From: Epithemia pelagica
Lineage: Eukaryota > Protista > Bacillariophyta
Assembly (NCBI GenBank): GCA_946965045.2
Contig: OX337241.1
Coordinates: 1,426,001-1,490,000, forward strand
DNA: 64,000 nt
Reading direction: 5' to 3'
The notes under the pieces were generated by a model, which was not told where the DNA came from, did no database searches, and was given only the letters and a program-made list of their open reading frames with translations. A program made the position numbers and the translations under genes. Of the stretch, positions 10,870 through 24,459 are shown one piece after another. Numbering within the stretch: the stretch's first letter is position 1; every line of letters begins with the position of its first letter.

Positions 10870-13800
10870 CTAAGTCGGCCCTCGGCCGGATGGAGCAGAA
10901 TCAAGCAGCGGACGAGGTAATCAAACGGGCGGTCGATCCAATGGAGGCAGAGGACGAGGAGGTCGTGGCAAAAACCAAGGCCAACAATCAAACACTCGCT
11001 TTCAGGGCCAAGAACCATCGCTGAAAGATTGCGTGTTTGATTATAGTGAAGATCCCCAGTCGAAGCGTTACCTACGCAACGTTGAGTTGTTAGTGGGCTA
11101 CGTGGGGACATCATTCGACTACTACAACCTAGAGTATCAAAAGGCGCTGGAGAAATTGGAACTTAAAGATCCAGAGAAAGCAAAGGTTCCAGATGATCCC
11201 ACGGACCCCATTCAGATGGAAGAATGGAAAATGGAGTACAAGGCGAGAAAGGATCAAGTGAAGGCCTATCGCAACTTTCGCGCTTCCTTGTTCAGTGTCA
11301 TTCTCGGGCAATGTACACCCCTCATGAAGGACAAGTTGCAAGCCAAACCTGAATATGAAGCGATCAACGATGAAAGGGACGGTGTAGCTCTACTCAAGTT
11401 GATCAAACAAACAACCTTCACGTTTGATTCCGGCCGAATCTACAAGCTGGTCGGTCGTGACAAGTTGAAAGAAGAGTTTTATGGTTTGAAACGCAGAAAC
11501 AATCAAACCCTACACAGCTATTATGAAGGGTTTAGGGCAAAAGTGAAAGTTCTCAATGAGGTCGGTGTGGTGTTGTATGATAAAGATCTCGTGGAGATGA
11601 TAGCCAAGAAAAACGGAAGGGACCCTCCATCATCCATCGATCGTGAAGAAGCACAAGAGAGATGTGTGGCAATCCGATTCATCCGAACATGTGGCCATCG
11701 CGAGTACGAGGCCCATTTGCAAAACATGTTTTTGGACGGCCACAAAGATGTGTATCCTGCCACTCTGGCGGATGCAAGGGCAATTCTTGATAACCACATG
11801 ACAGGTAAACAGAAGCAACCGAATCAAAATCAGCAGACCCCGACTGAGAATGCCACTGGTATGGCATATCATACACAAGAGTTGGACAACAGCAATGAAA
11901 GCCAAGCGGCGTCCACATTGACCGGTAACAGCCACATGACAACAAATTCGCGCCAAGCCCAGAGTCGAAATGGTAATGGCAACAATAGCCGAGGAAGAGA
12001 ACAAGCGAGCACGGGCAGCGGCCAATCACGAGGCCATGAATCAAATCAAACACAAACCAACAATAATGGTGAATGGAATGAGATCAATGAATCAACGGGC
12101 CTCCAGGATGCACATCGTGACTCACTCCAATATTCGTTTTCTGCTTCTTCTTCACAGGCTAGCATATCCCCCGAATGGCTACTCCTCGACAACCAATCGA
12201 CAGTAGACATTATCCAAGAACCCAACCTCCTCAAGAATATTCACACAGCCGAGCGACCAATCATGATCCAAAGTCACGCTGGGCGGCGTCAGATCTCCAA
12301 ACAAGGCCTACTCCCCGGCCGATCTTCAGGGCGACTCAAACACCAATTCCTGCCAAGTCAAGACGGTTTGTTCTATATGGATACGTCGAGAATGCAGAGT
12401 AGTTTCATCACTACGGTTAATGATAATGAATCTGCTTATTCTCAAGACGAAGTCTATAGGGCTAAACTGGCAAGATCATTAATGGCCAAGATAGGTCGTC
12501 CATCCACTCGTGATTTCGTACACATCATACGAAACAATCTGTTACCTAACACAACGATCACTGTGGAAGACATCAAGAGGGCCGAGAAAATATATGGACC
12601 AGACCTTGGTAGTCTCAAAGGGAAGACGACTCGTCGTAAAGCGCCTGTGGTTGACTCATCATACACCGTACCACCACGGATCAAAGAAGAACACAAGGAT
12701 GTGACCCTCACTGTTGATGTTCTCCACGTGAACAACATTCCTTTCCTAGCAACGACGTCAAGGAAGCTGCATTTTGGGACCATGGAAGCAATGGCCAATA
12801 CCACTGATGATGATGTCATGAACTCGTTGCGCAAAGTGGTTGCAATCTACCGCAGAGGTGGTTTGCGCCCGCGGATGTTACTTGCCGACGGAGCCTTCTG
12901 TTCCGACAAGATGAAGACCGAGTTGCAATTGATCGGTGTATTGTTAAATCCTACCGCAAGAGATGAACATGTGGGAGATATTAAAAGGTACATACGTACA
13001 GTAAAAGAAAGGATGAGATGTGTTTATAATACACTACCATTCAAAGAAATCCCGAAGGTCATGATAATTGAGATGGCCAAATTCGCTACTTTCTGGCTGA
13101 ATAGTTTCCCTCATCGGTTGGGGATTTCACAATCAGAAAGCCCACGACTGCTCGTCACGGGAGAACAAGTGGACTTCAACAAGCATTGTCGTTTCGAATT
13201 TGGACAGTACGTCCAATGTCATGAAGAACATGACAACACGATGGCGCCCAGGACCATAGGTGCTCTAGCATTGAGGCCTACTGGGAATCGTCAGGGTAGT
13301 TATTATTTTTTGAGTCTTGTCAGCGGACGAGTCATAACACGGAATCACGCCACAGTCCTACCGATGCCCCAAGAAGTGATCCAACGTGTGCACCAATTGG
13401 CTAGAGCCCAGAATATGCAACCAGGATTAGCCTTCGGTAATAGAGATAATCGGATTTTGTGGATGGATCAAGACAACGACATTTATAACGAAGAAGACGA
13501 TGAATCATACACCAATGAAGAAGAGGAGGACATCGAGCTACGCTATGATGAAGAGATGATCGAAGATGAGTTGGATGACGTCAACAATCCTGACTATGGT
13601 GATCCGGAAGCAGATGTCAACGGCGAACCTGCAATCAACCCGATGATTGGTCCCGATGACCAACACATGGAAATTCAAGGAGTGGCTGACCCAGTAGCCG
13701 CAGAACTTGACGACATGAACGGTTCGGAAATTGAAGGAGTGGAGGCAGATGGAGAACTGCCAAACCATCCTATCCCAGAAGATGATGTTGGTGGAGGCGC

Positions 13801-15989
13801 AGTCCCGGAGGAGGCAGTGATGGATGTGGAGGAGGATGTAGAGGAGAATGGGGGGGAGCTAGCCGATGGAAGGAATATGGAAGAGGGACAGGACACTGAT
13901 GCTAACGATCCGGTACATCAACAACAACAACAACAACAACAAGAACCACACAGATACAATCTACGGCCGAATCGTGAAAGGAGCTACGCGCACAGATACG
14001 GGCACTCGTTTGCTTGCATCGATAACCTGAAAGGCGGGCGTTATGATGGAATCCTTCGAGATGGAGTGTTGTTTCTTGTGGCCACTGAGGTGAATCAAGC
14101 CACACCGCAGATGCCTATGAAGAAAGGCATCAAACTGTTTGGGAATAAGGGAGTGGCCGCCGTGAAGGTAGAAATCCAACAATTGCATGATCGAGGAGTA
14201 CTGAGGGCAGTACACAAAACTGACCTCAGTTGGAATGAGGTACAACAAGCTCTGGGGTACCTAATGTTTTTGAAACGAAAAAGGTGTGGCAAGATAAAAG
14301 GAAGAGGATGTGCCGACGGACGCAAACAACGTGCGTACATAGAGAAGGAAGATTCAGCTTCTCCTACCGTGGCCACCGACTCTGTATTCATCACTGCCGT
14401 CATTGATGCCTTGGAACGACGTGTGGTCGCTGTGGCAGATATACCAGGTGCGTTTATGCACTCGGATATGGATCCTGGAGTGTACATGCAGCTTACTGGT
14501 CTGATGGCCGAGCTACTCCTATAAGTCGATTATGAAGCATATGCCCCTTATCTGACATACGAGAAGGGCGAGCCGGTTATATATGTGGAAATGTTGAAGG
14601 CCCTTTACGGGACGTTGCGTGCAGCTCGTCTCTTCTGGGAAAAATTGACAGCGGTGCTCAAAAGCTGGGGATTTCAAATCAATCCCTATGATTCATGCAT
14701 TGCCAACAAAACAATCAACAACAAACAATGTACGGTAACTTGGCACATTGACGATCTGAAGATATCGCATGTGGATGGTGCCGTTGTGAACAAATTTATT
14801 GACGACCTCAAAGCAGAATTCGGACAGTTGGGAGAAATCTCCGTGTCGGAAGGGAAAAGGCACGACTATTTGGGCATGTTCTTAGACTATGGAGAGGATG
14901 GGGTTGTGCAGGTGGATATGAGATCCTACCTGGACACCATTTTGATCTCGCTACCAAAAGAATGGATCGGTAAAGCACGGTCACCCGCAGCTAAGCATTT
15001 ATATCATACGGACCCGAACGCTCGAACGCTCAATGAGGAGGAAGCGGATCGCTTCCACAGTGTCACAATGCAGTTAGCTTACATGGCGCAAAGAGGACGA
15101 CCGGATATTCGCACTGCTGTGGCCTTTTTGAGCACTCGTGTCATGAATCCAGACGTTGACGATCAGAGAAAACTCGGTCGGGTTCTCAAGTACCTACAAT
15201 CAACCAAGGACTTGATCCTACGCCTAGAGGGTGATGGATCTGGAACACTCTGTTGGTGGGTGGATGCCTCCTTCGCTACTCACCCAGACATGAAAGGACA
15301 GACCGGCGGAATAATGACTATGGGCAAGGGTGCCGTCATGACTGCGTCGTCAAAACAAAAACTTGTGGCGCGAAGTTCGACCGAATGTGAGTTGATTGGC
15401 GTGCACGACGTGTTACCGTCAATGTTATGGAGCCAGAACTTTCTGAGAGCCCAAGGCCATGAAGTGAAGAACGTTGTACTTCACCAGGACAATCAAAGCA
15501 GTATCCTGCTGGAGCGAAACGGTCGGTTGTCGAGCTCGAAAAGAACCAAACACATCAATCTACGTTATTTTTATATCACAGATTGTATTCGCCGAAAGGA
15601 CGTGAGTGTGCGTTTCTGCCCGACGGACGAGATGATTGCGGATTTCTTTACAAAACCGTTACAGGGTCAAGCTTTTTATCGCCTGCGGGATATCATCATG
15701 AATGTGGTCCCGAGTAGCAAGTATCACTCCTCGGCCCAAAGGAGTGTGTTGAGGATATGTGACCAGGCGACGAGCAGTAGCGAACAAGGCGCGACTAAAG
15801 AGAGTGATTCGGAAGCAAAGGATCTAAACTTGAATGACGAAGATGCCGAAGCATGGACTTTGGTCCGTCGACGTGGCAAAAGCAACAATAGGCAAGAGGA
15901 ACAAGCAAGAGTTCATTCTAAGGAGATTACGTAGTTCGATAAGCCTATAAAGAGTTGCTTTTACGGCACGGCTTGTTTGAGTTTCAACA
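10870..15989 (+). mobile_element. Second Ty1/copia (CoDi-like) element; gag-pol with one in-frame stop at 14522-14524; no matching 5' LTR seen
   Basis: WLLLDNQSTVDII (protease); VDVLHVN / LLADGAF / EHVGDIKRYIRTVKER (integrase); KGRGCADGRKQR, ADIPGAF, WHIDD (RT); WVDASFA, QDNQS, RTKHI, MIADFFTKP (RNase H). ORFs 11033-14524 and 14585-15934 share one frame. Confidence 0.92.
15747..15989 (+). repeat. Putative 3' LTR of the second copia element (243 bp)
   Basis: Preceded by purine-rich AAAGGAG. Bounded by the inverted hexamer TGTTGA...TCAACA. Confidence 0.6.
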
Positions 15990-16341
15990 GGTGGGGTGGC
16001 GTGTGGTGTTAGCGGGATGGGTAACGGTCGTCCAGGGGTGTTAGTTTCAAAAGGCAGCAATATGATTGGGTTAGAAATGTCGTTTCACAAAAAATCACTT
16101 AGGAAACAAATGTCGTTACAAGTGTCTTACCGTGTCCCGGGAACCCATCGAATCACGGACAAAAAACATGGAGGGAAGATTCCATCAGCCGATCCAGTCG
16201 GTCCTTCACGGTCGCCCATGGCATGGCCAAGTCGACCATTGCGACAAGTCCTCTTCTGACCATCTCATGACCCTTTTGAGCATGGTCAGAAGCCTGGAAA
16301 AGAGGATACACTTCAATAAGTTAGAATAACAAATAGAGATC

Positions 16342-18428
16342 ATGAGTTCTGCAGCACAATTCACAGCGGCCAAGGCCATGGGGCCACAGTCGCAACGATA
16401 CGGAAATCAGTACTCTCGTTGGCCAAAGAAGAGTTGGAAGAAGCGATCAGGTTGGAGAAAGATGGACCTTTCGGTAATCTTTGAGTCCGACATCGACTGC
16501 CCCATCTGCAGGGCCAAGGCAAGAGGAATGGCCATCCCTCATCGCCCTCACCACCCCAGATGCAGCAAAAACACAACAACAAGGGGCAAGGGAATGAACG
16601 ATGGAAGAGGAGCAGAGGTAGTGGCCTCAGAAAAGGCCCAGGCTGCCCATGCCAAAGCAATCCGCAAGCAACTTACCAGTGCAGAGAGATTGTCCGCCTC
16701 CAATGTCACACAGGAGGCACTCAACACTTTCATGGAACATCGTCCCAATTGCTCGTCGAAAAAAGCAACGACAAGAGACGCTGAAAATGAAAAAACACAA
16801 TCAACTACGGAGACTACGGCAACAGAAAGTTCTACCGTTGGTGGCGAGGAAGGCGCGTATGTTCCAACAGCCGAAGATTTCAAGTTTGAGGTAATTACGC
16901 GTGTGACAGCAGTACCTACGGAGGTGCATGTCCCACGTGCTGTGCATGCGTTGGCGAGTTATGTGACCGACACGTGCCTTGGTTCTAAGCGTTGTGTTGA
17001 GAATTTGAAACCTTTCTTCACTAATATGACCGTTACTGTACCCCCCATTGCCGACAACACGAGTGCTTTGTACGACTCGATTGTGGGACAGGAACTCCTG
17101 GTTGTTGATTGGGAGCTGTTTTCCCCAGTAACCACTTGCGTTGTCCTCGTTGCCGGGGTAATCTCCAGCGTACGCGATCGAACTTTTCAAAAAACAAGTC
17201 CCTTTTCCCCATTTTCGCCATGTCTGGTCCCCCAAAGTATGCAATACTTATGGGATACAAGTGTGCCGGGTGCTCGGCTGCCTTCTATGCGAATGATGGA
17301 GAATTGCTCGCACGACTGCCTCCCTACATGGTTATGTGTTACCCAGCGGAACCCAAGTATGCTAGAGGAACATCGCATCTAGCTAAAGATGCTACGAGGA
17401 TAATGGAAGCATCAATGGTAACCTATGGCAATGGGGATTACATCAGTCGGATGCTATATGAAGGAATCAACACCTGCTATGAAGACAAGACAATGAGGTA
17501 CTATTCTTATTGTGCTGCTACAGGAAAAGAATCAGAAGACTACATGCAAAAGGATGTTGAGTTTCTGGTTCGCTACCCACCTTTAGGCGAGACAATCCGC
17601 CAGCTATATGACGATGGAGCAAGCTCCGAATGGCAACCCTGGATGGTGTCTGACAATGAGAGAAACACAAGAGAGATTCAAGGGGTTAGATGCCAGCACA
17701 TGTTTGCTCACGACCACACCCACCAGGTAGTGAAAAATTATCCAAGACGCCTCAATGCAGCTGCAATGTGGACCATGGCAACAGAGGCAGGAGAAATTGC
17801 TTGTGCAGTGTTAGTGCACGACACATCAGCACTCGAGTTTGCACATGCTGCGGAACAAGTGCTGAGACGTACCGGGTTTTGCCCCAAGGCCATGTACTCT
17901 GACACATGGCCTTGTGGCAAGGATTTTTGGTTGTTGTTGGTTGATGACTTGGAGGGCCGTCTTGGCCTTTTCCATTTCATACAGAGGATAACAAAGACGC
18001 TCAGACAACGGCACATTGACTTTGGGATAGCCATGAAGGATTTGTTGGATGCGATCTACGAGTACCATCCTGAAGACTTGGAGAAACTTGTTGGTTGTTT
18101 GAAAAATGGAACCATGTCAAGCTCCAAGAAACAATACACAGACGAAGAGATCAGTGAAATGATGGGAACCAAGACCTTTCGACAGAGGTACTCAAAGAAC
18201 TTACGGAAGATTATTCGGGGTGGCGATACGATTGTCCTCAAGTTGGAGGAGTGGAAGTGCAAATACAAGTGCACTTCCACTCCTGGCAAGCCACCAGCAC
18301 GAGGCCGATTGGATCCACACTCCAATCAACCTCTTTTTACGGCCGAAACACATCAAGCACTGGAAAACTGTAAAGAGAAGGCAAAGTTCCTTGCTGATCC
18401 CTTGCCCGTGGAGAAAATGTATCGTGAG
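16342..18428 (+). pseudogene. 5' part of DDE-like transposase copy A (probably DUF6729-related); frameshift near 17115-17125; interrupted at 18428
   Basis: Colinear with the 1100-aa ORF at 41968: CPIC...HHPRC, CPRC, DHTHQVVKNY, MYSDTWP, LGLFHFIQRI, LADPLPVEKMYRE. Confidence 0.85.
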
Positions 18429-18780
18429 CGTCTAAGGGCAGCGTCACGCGCCCCCAAAACGCACACCCCATACGCGCCGTCGGCATTTTTCGTACCCGGT
18501 TTTTTTATACGGATTTACACCATTTTGACTAATCCCCCCCACCACCACGCACATACAACATCATACACATTCACGGCGACCCTAGCTTCCACGCACGCAC
18601 ACTCCCATCTTCCACGCACAGAGAACTTACCTTCTAAGCAAACTGACCTTGCCCTCCACGTCCAAAACACTCTGAACACAAAGTACCAACCTCATCAGAA
18701 CAAGGCATCTATACACCCTCTCCACAGGTGCAATAACACAAGGGCAAACCCCCAATCTCTTCTATCCCATTCTCCAATGA

Positions 18781-18978
18781 CACCAGCGGAAGCCACTCAC
18801 CTTTTGCATCCCATGCTCCGAAAGCACCAGCGGAAGCCACACACCATTAGCATCCCATGCTCCGAAAGCACTGGCAGAAGCCACCCACCTTTTGCATCTC
18901 AGGCACCGAAAGCACCGGCAGAAGCCACCCACCTTTTGCATCTCAGGCTCCAAAAGCACCAGCAGAAGCCACACACTT
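18781..18978 (+). repeat. 44-bp tandem repeat, about 4.5 copies, left subterminal region
   Basis: Units of CACCAGCGGAAGCCAC...TGCATC...CCGAAAG start at 18781, 18825, 18869, 18913 and 18957. Confidence 0.9.
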
Positions 18979-19061
18979 ATGGTAACTCATTTCACAACAC
19001 AATCGATACCATCCACAGAAGAATGTGAAAACATGCACAGAAGCTAATGAAGAGATACTAT

Positions 19062-21280
19062 TTAAAAAAACCAGAGTCCGTGCTTCCTCCGCTTTTTCTG
19101 CTGCGGTTGATCTTGATCAGCACTGTCCACATATCCCATCCTCTCCCAATGTTTCTTCAGAAGATTCTCCATGAACACATTTTGTCTCTGAAACAGTCCA
19201 TCAACTGATACATATTCTCGATCATCCCTCACCTTCTGCTGCAATTCATCAAGACGATCAAGGCCAATATCACTCATACCACGTCCCTTTTTGTTTGCAC
19301 AACCTGAATACTTGTATTGTTCTACTCCATCTGTATCAATGTCCTCATTAATTTGGTGCGCTTGACACCAAGCAGGGTCTTCTTTGTACAACTTTTGTTT
19401 GAACTCTTGTCTGCTCCTCAGAGCCCATGCATCCCATGAATCTTCAAGAGCCAAGAGAATGAAAGCTTCATCACTTGTAGTAAACTTACTCATCGCTTCC
19501 TTCCATATTGCTTGCTTTTGTGCTTCTGGTGTATTAGCTGTAATATCTTGATTAATGATATCTCTCACCATTCCATCTCCATAAACCGACCCCCCAAATA
19601 CTTCAAACATGAAAACATAAGCATCATTGTCTTCATTCACTCCTCTCATTTGCATCATCTCTTCAAGACTTGGCATAGGACCTAGATTTTCATCGTCAAC
19701 CAATAACTTAGGGAATTGTTGCTGAACAATTCCACCACCATGTGTTCTCCATAGATTCATCGAGAAATGTTCTGCCAGGCAGGAAGGCTCATGTTAGAGC
19801 AAAACTTTCCACAAGAATGAGAACAAGATAGCACCAAGACAGTACCGACTTACTCATGAACCTGAACCTTAGCAATTGTAGAACATTTGATCTCTTGCGT
19901 CTGAATTCTTTCCTCAAATGGGGGGAATACCTTTCCCACCACTTTGCCTTAGCCACATCACCAATAATCTTTTCTCGTTCGAAATACGCCTTGAAGTGAT
20001 CCTTCCCCAAATGCCATAATCCATTATCATCTGCATCACAATCATCGGCAAGCGAGAAATACTTCACGTACCTCCAAGCAACATCAGGCACAAAAGTCTG
20101 GAACTCATCCGTACGACAAGCTAAGGGTAGATCCTTGTATTTGCTCCTGCTCTTTCTTTGCTGTTCTCTCTTTCTTTCCCTCTTGTCTTCTCTCCTTCTT
20201 TCCCTCTCACCAGCCGTTGCATTAGCCCCAGAACTATGACCATCACTAGTACCATAGATAGATGATGCAACCATTGAGCTATCGCCTCCGACTTCCATGG
20301 CTACAAGAGATGATGACGACCAAGAGAGATCAGAAAGTGAGGAAACATCATCCATCCAGAAGTCCACATCTTTTTCGATTGTACATTTCCAAACCCACAT
20401 CAACCCAGATTAGAGTTCCACTCTAACCAGTCAATACCGATAGGGCACAAACAAAACAAAGGAAGTACACCTTACTTACAAACGCGACTGACTCCTCCAC
20501 CACCACCACCACCACCACCCATAACCTCTTCCATAATATTTTCAACATCTTGGTGCGACATTACAGTCACACCACCATTGTCATTAGCTGCGCACTCAAT
20601 ATTATTTGTATCCATATGGTGCATCTGTGTTTGCTGTGGTTGGTGAACACCAGCGCCTCCTTGCATCAGAACGCCCCCATTGGGTGGGTATGGGACAGAC
20701 ATCATCTGCTGTTGTGGGTATCCTTGATGCACCATAATACCAGTTCCTTGTTGTGGATAAATCGTAGATGATGAGGCCGCCGGGAAATGATGATGTTGTT
20801 GCCCCCCAACAGGAGCTTGGGAATAATTGAACTGTGTATGGACCTGATGTTGTTGTTGCCCTTGAGGAAGAAATGACAACACCGATGGATTTGGTTGCTG
20901 GTGAGGATAAGGATGGGTATGATTCGGATATGGAGCAACTCCATTCGCATTATAAGGAACTCGTTGACCATGGTCGACTCCATTCATAACAGCAGTATTG
21001 TGTTCGGATTCCATAGGTGCTCCTGTATTAGTAACACCACGGGTTCTTGTACAGCTCATGGTACTACCTTGGTCCTGGGATTCGTTGGATGAAGCTCCCC
21101 GTCCTCCTCTTTCCTGAAATGTTACCTGACTCCTTTCAGATACGGATCCTGAATCCTCTTGGTTACGGTCATCATTGCTATTCTTGTTGTTGACATCTCT
21201 GATCGTTATTTCTTTGTCGTCTGTTTCATCATCGGTACTGCTTTCTCCAGCATCTTTGCCACCAGATAAACCATGGAACG
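19062..21280 (-). CDS. Accessory gene(s) of the large element, apparently spliced; function unknown
   Basis: Successive minus-strand ORFs 20472-21059 (Q/H-rich, open upstream to about 21280), 19789-20403 and 19062-19760. GTAAGT donors lie near 20478 and 19853, with a CTAAC...CAG acceptor near 19775. Motif TTSDEAFILLALEDSWDAW. The exact exon joins are unresolved. Confidence 0.55.
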
Positions 21281-21657
21281 CTGAATTCTAACTGCTTTGG
21301 TTGTCCTTTTTATCTGGCTTTGGATCACCACAGTGTTGGCTTCCTTGTTTTCTATTCTTGGTCCCCTGGTTTGTTTCAGAATGGGGCGACATGACAAGAA
21401 GAGTATACCTGATATAAGAAGTGTTGACAATGCAATGAGTTTTGGATGCAACAAGAGGAGAATGTTATGCCAATCCGTTTTCATTGAGGTCTTACCTTTC
21501 AACTATCAACTTTCAAAAGTCGAGCCGTTTGTTCCGAGTACACCCGGTTTTTTTTCATTGAACCAAATCGACAGGCGACAATTATACATTCAAACGTCCA
21601 ATGCCACATGGGCATTTGTGTTCGTTCCGATCCCATGTACTGATAGACTCATAGTTT

Positions 21658-24459
21658 ATGTGGAATAGTATGGGGGATGGGGGGGGGGGGGGGGGGGGTA
21701 AACCATATCCATCCACAACCAATGAGAAAGCGAGCCGGGCGACCATAAAATCGAAACCATTCGTGTCAGTCGTCACACTAGCAATGATTCTCATTCCACA
21801 AAGACTAAGGACCACAAAACCAATACCATGGGCCGTCCTTGTAAACTATTTAAGAAATAAACCTTCCGTCATCAAAGATCAATGGGTGGGCGAAGATCCA
21901 AATGCGAGTACAGGTGGTTCCATTCTTCCATGTCGTAAATGTAGAAATTGTCATGTATTATTCCACGTCTCCGGTATCTTCCAACATGAAAGGGTTTGTA
22001 ATACCAAGAGAGAAAACGGCACTTTGGTCTCACATGCATTGGAGCACGAATCGTCCATGATATGCCACGAAACTGTTAGAGTCGAGAACAATACCTTTCA
22101 TGATAAAGATCAGGGAAATCATTTAGAAAATGGAGGAACCGATGATAGTGCTGTAGGGATTTCAGAAAATGGAGGAACCGATGATAGTGCTGTAGGGATA
22201 CCCTGGGCGGACGATCGAGAAGATGAGGAAAGAGAGGATCTGCAACCCACTACACAAAAACAACCCATCGTGAGAAAGCCATGTCGGAATAGTACAAATA
22301 TTGCTCATTCCTTGCTGTCATCTGAGAATGAGGAAGAATCAGATGAGGACCAAGAAGAGGGACCACCAGCAGATCATGATGATGGGCTCCAACAAACTGT
22401 CGATGACAATGAGGATGTCCAAGGCAAAGGTTCATCCAGTGATGACCATGTTATCGATGAAAACTCAAAAGACAATCCTTTGGAATTTCCAGTGTATCTT
22501 GAACAAAATGGTCTCCGATTTTCCGAAGATGACAAGGCTTTATTGAGGTTGGCCATACTCCTCCGGAATGCTGGGTGTCCGAAGTTCATGTTCGATGCCA
22601 TTTTGGCATGGATTGATTCTACTAACGAGTGTTGTGGCTCACGTTTTTTCAATAAAAAACATCCACGGCGAAAGGGATTCATGGCGAAATTCGAAAAAAG
22701 AGGTTTCGATTTCCCCAAACCAAAGATTGTCACCGTCCCAATGGAAGTTACAACCAAAAAGGATATAATCGTTCCAGACAGCGAGAAGTCCGTTGATACC
22801 GTTATATTTGATTTTGTGCATCAACTTCGACGTGTCTTGCAAGATCCTGAAGCCACTTCCAAGGATAAAACAATATTATGTGATGACGACCCGTATCGCC
22901 CTTATATACCGAATAAATGTCTCGAAAACATACAAGATTGCCATGTTTTCCAACGTACCGTACGGAAATACAGACATGACAACGATACTTTCGTTGTTGG
23001 TTTATTGTCTTATATGGATAAGACACACGCGACGGGGGATGGTCGGTTTAATGCGGAACCAGTTGTTATGGTACCTTCATTTTTGACGATGTCTGAAATG
23101 CGAAAACCGAATAGACAAATCATCTAAGGGTTGATCACAGATATGGAACGGAAGTCATCTGCGGCCAAATATATCTTGGATAGGGGGTCCCCCTGTCGGA
23201 ATTATCATGCACAGCTCTCGCGAATACACCAAGCTCTTTTGAAGATACAGAATCGAGGTGGATTGTGGATGCGATTACGGATCCATGGGATCGAGAAGGT
23301 GGTGAGATAAGTATTACCCGGGATCATGATAAAGGGAGATGCGAAGTCACAAGATAACATCGCAGGAAGATATGCATCTCATCATCAAAGTGTTGGCCGG
23401 CTTGTTTGGCAGTGTGATTGCACACCTCGGGAGTCTAGATACCCATGGTCCACATGCAACTACCTCTTCAAAAACCCTATCCATTTCAGAAGCCTCCGTG
23501 TGCTTGGTTTAGAAAAACCATCAGGAAACCCAGTAGTTATCGATTCTGGACAACCCGGTATAGATGATCCAAGAAAGGATCCTTGGAGAGAACCTGTGAA
23601 CAATTCCAAGAAAATTTTACATCAGATTGGACAATACCCAGTGAACAACATCTACAACCATTTGTATTTGGGTGAGGGTGTTAATAAAACACATGGGATT
23701 TTTACCGCGGCATGTTGTGATGTATTACATACTTTGAAATCGGGGATCATGAAATATATCATGACTGATTTCTTTGCTCTGATGACAATGAGAGAAAAAG
23801 CCATGTTTGATTTCTTGTACAGCTCTTTCTTCCGAGCCAACCGGCAGTTGGTATTCTCTTATTCTTCTAGTTGGGGGTACCCCAGAACATCCTTCTCTGC
23901 AGGTATCAGTAATGTTACAAAGGTAACAGCCAATGAATGGGTTGGTATCATGTTTGTCTCAGCCGCTTTGTGTGTTTCTGTTCATGGTCATCTTATTTTC
24001 GCTTCCACTATGGCGGAGAAATGGAAAAAAGTAGTTGCAGAGTGGAAACAATGGTGCAAAGAAGAAGAAGAGAGACGAAAGAAAAAGGAAGAAGAGAAAG
24101 AACAGAAGAGAAAGAAAAAACAATCAGAAAAAAAAAAGAAAAAACGACAACGAATGGGCGCTGGACAAAACAACGTATCCTCTACCAACAATAAACGTCA
24201 ACGACAATCGAAAAAGAAACGGGTTGTACACCACAGTATCGCTGATGATTCATCCGATTCGGATGAGAATGACTCATCTGTGGATGATAGGAACGAAGAA
24301 ATAACCACAAATATCAACGACAATCTGCCCGGTCATGTACAGGAAAATGAAGATTACCAATATTGTGAACCTGACATTGAGGTACAGGTTACGAGCGAAA
24401 CAGTATTCGACGATGACCCTGTGGCATATGCATCGATCTGGGATACTCGTCTTGGTTGA
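21658..24459 (+). pseudogene. Plavaka/CACTA-like transposase with in-frame stops at 23125-23127 and 23308-23310
   Basis: N-terminal CRNC...HERVC finger; GLLSYMDKTH...EPV; IMIKGDAKSQDNIAGRY; CDVLHTLKSGIMKY. ORFs 21658-23127 and 23326-24459 are in one frame. C-terminal catalytic motifs were not found. Confidence 0.7.

Noticed and set aside
8746-14524. Programmed readthrough or an alternative genetic code explaining the in-frame stops
   Set aside because: The stop types differ (TGA and TAA), they fall inside RT rather than at a gag-pol junction, and host genes in the window use standard stops.
18429-19028. C-terminal 200 aa of ORF 17109-19028 as part of the transposase
   Set aside because: It is read-through into the inserted element's left end; homology with copy B stops at YRE.
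22125-22200. 39-bp duplication (ENGGTDDSAVGI twice)
   Set aside because: An ordinary in-frame slippage in a disordered acidic linker.
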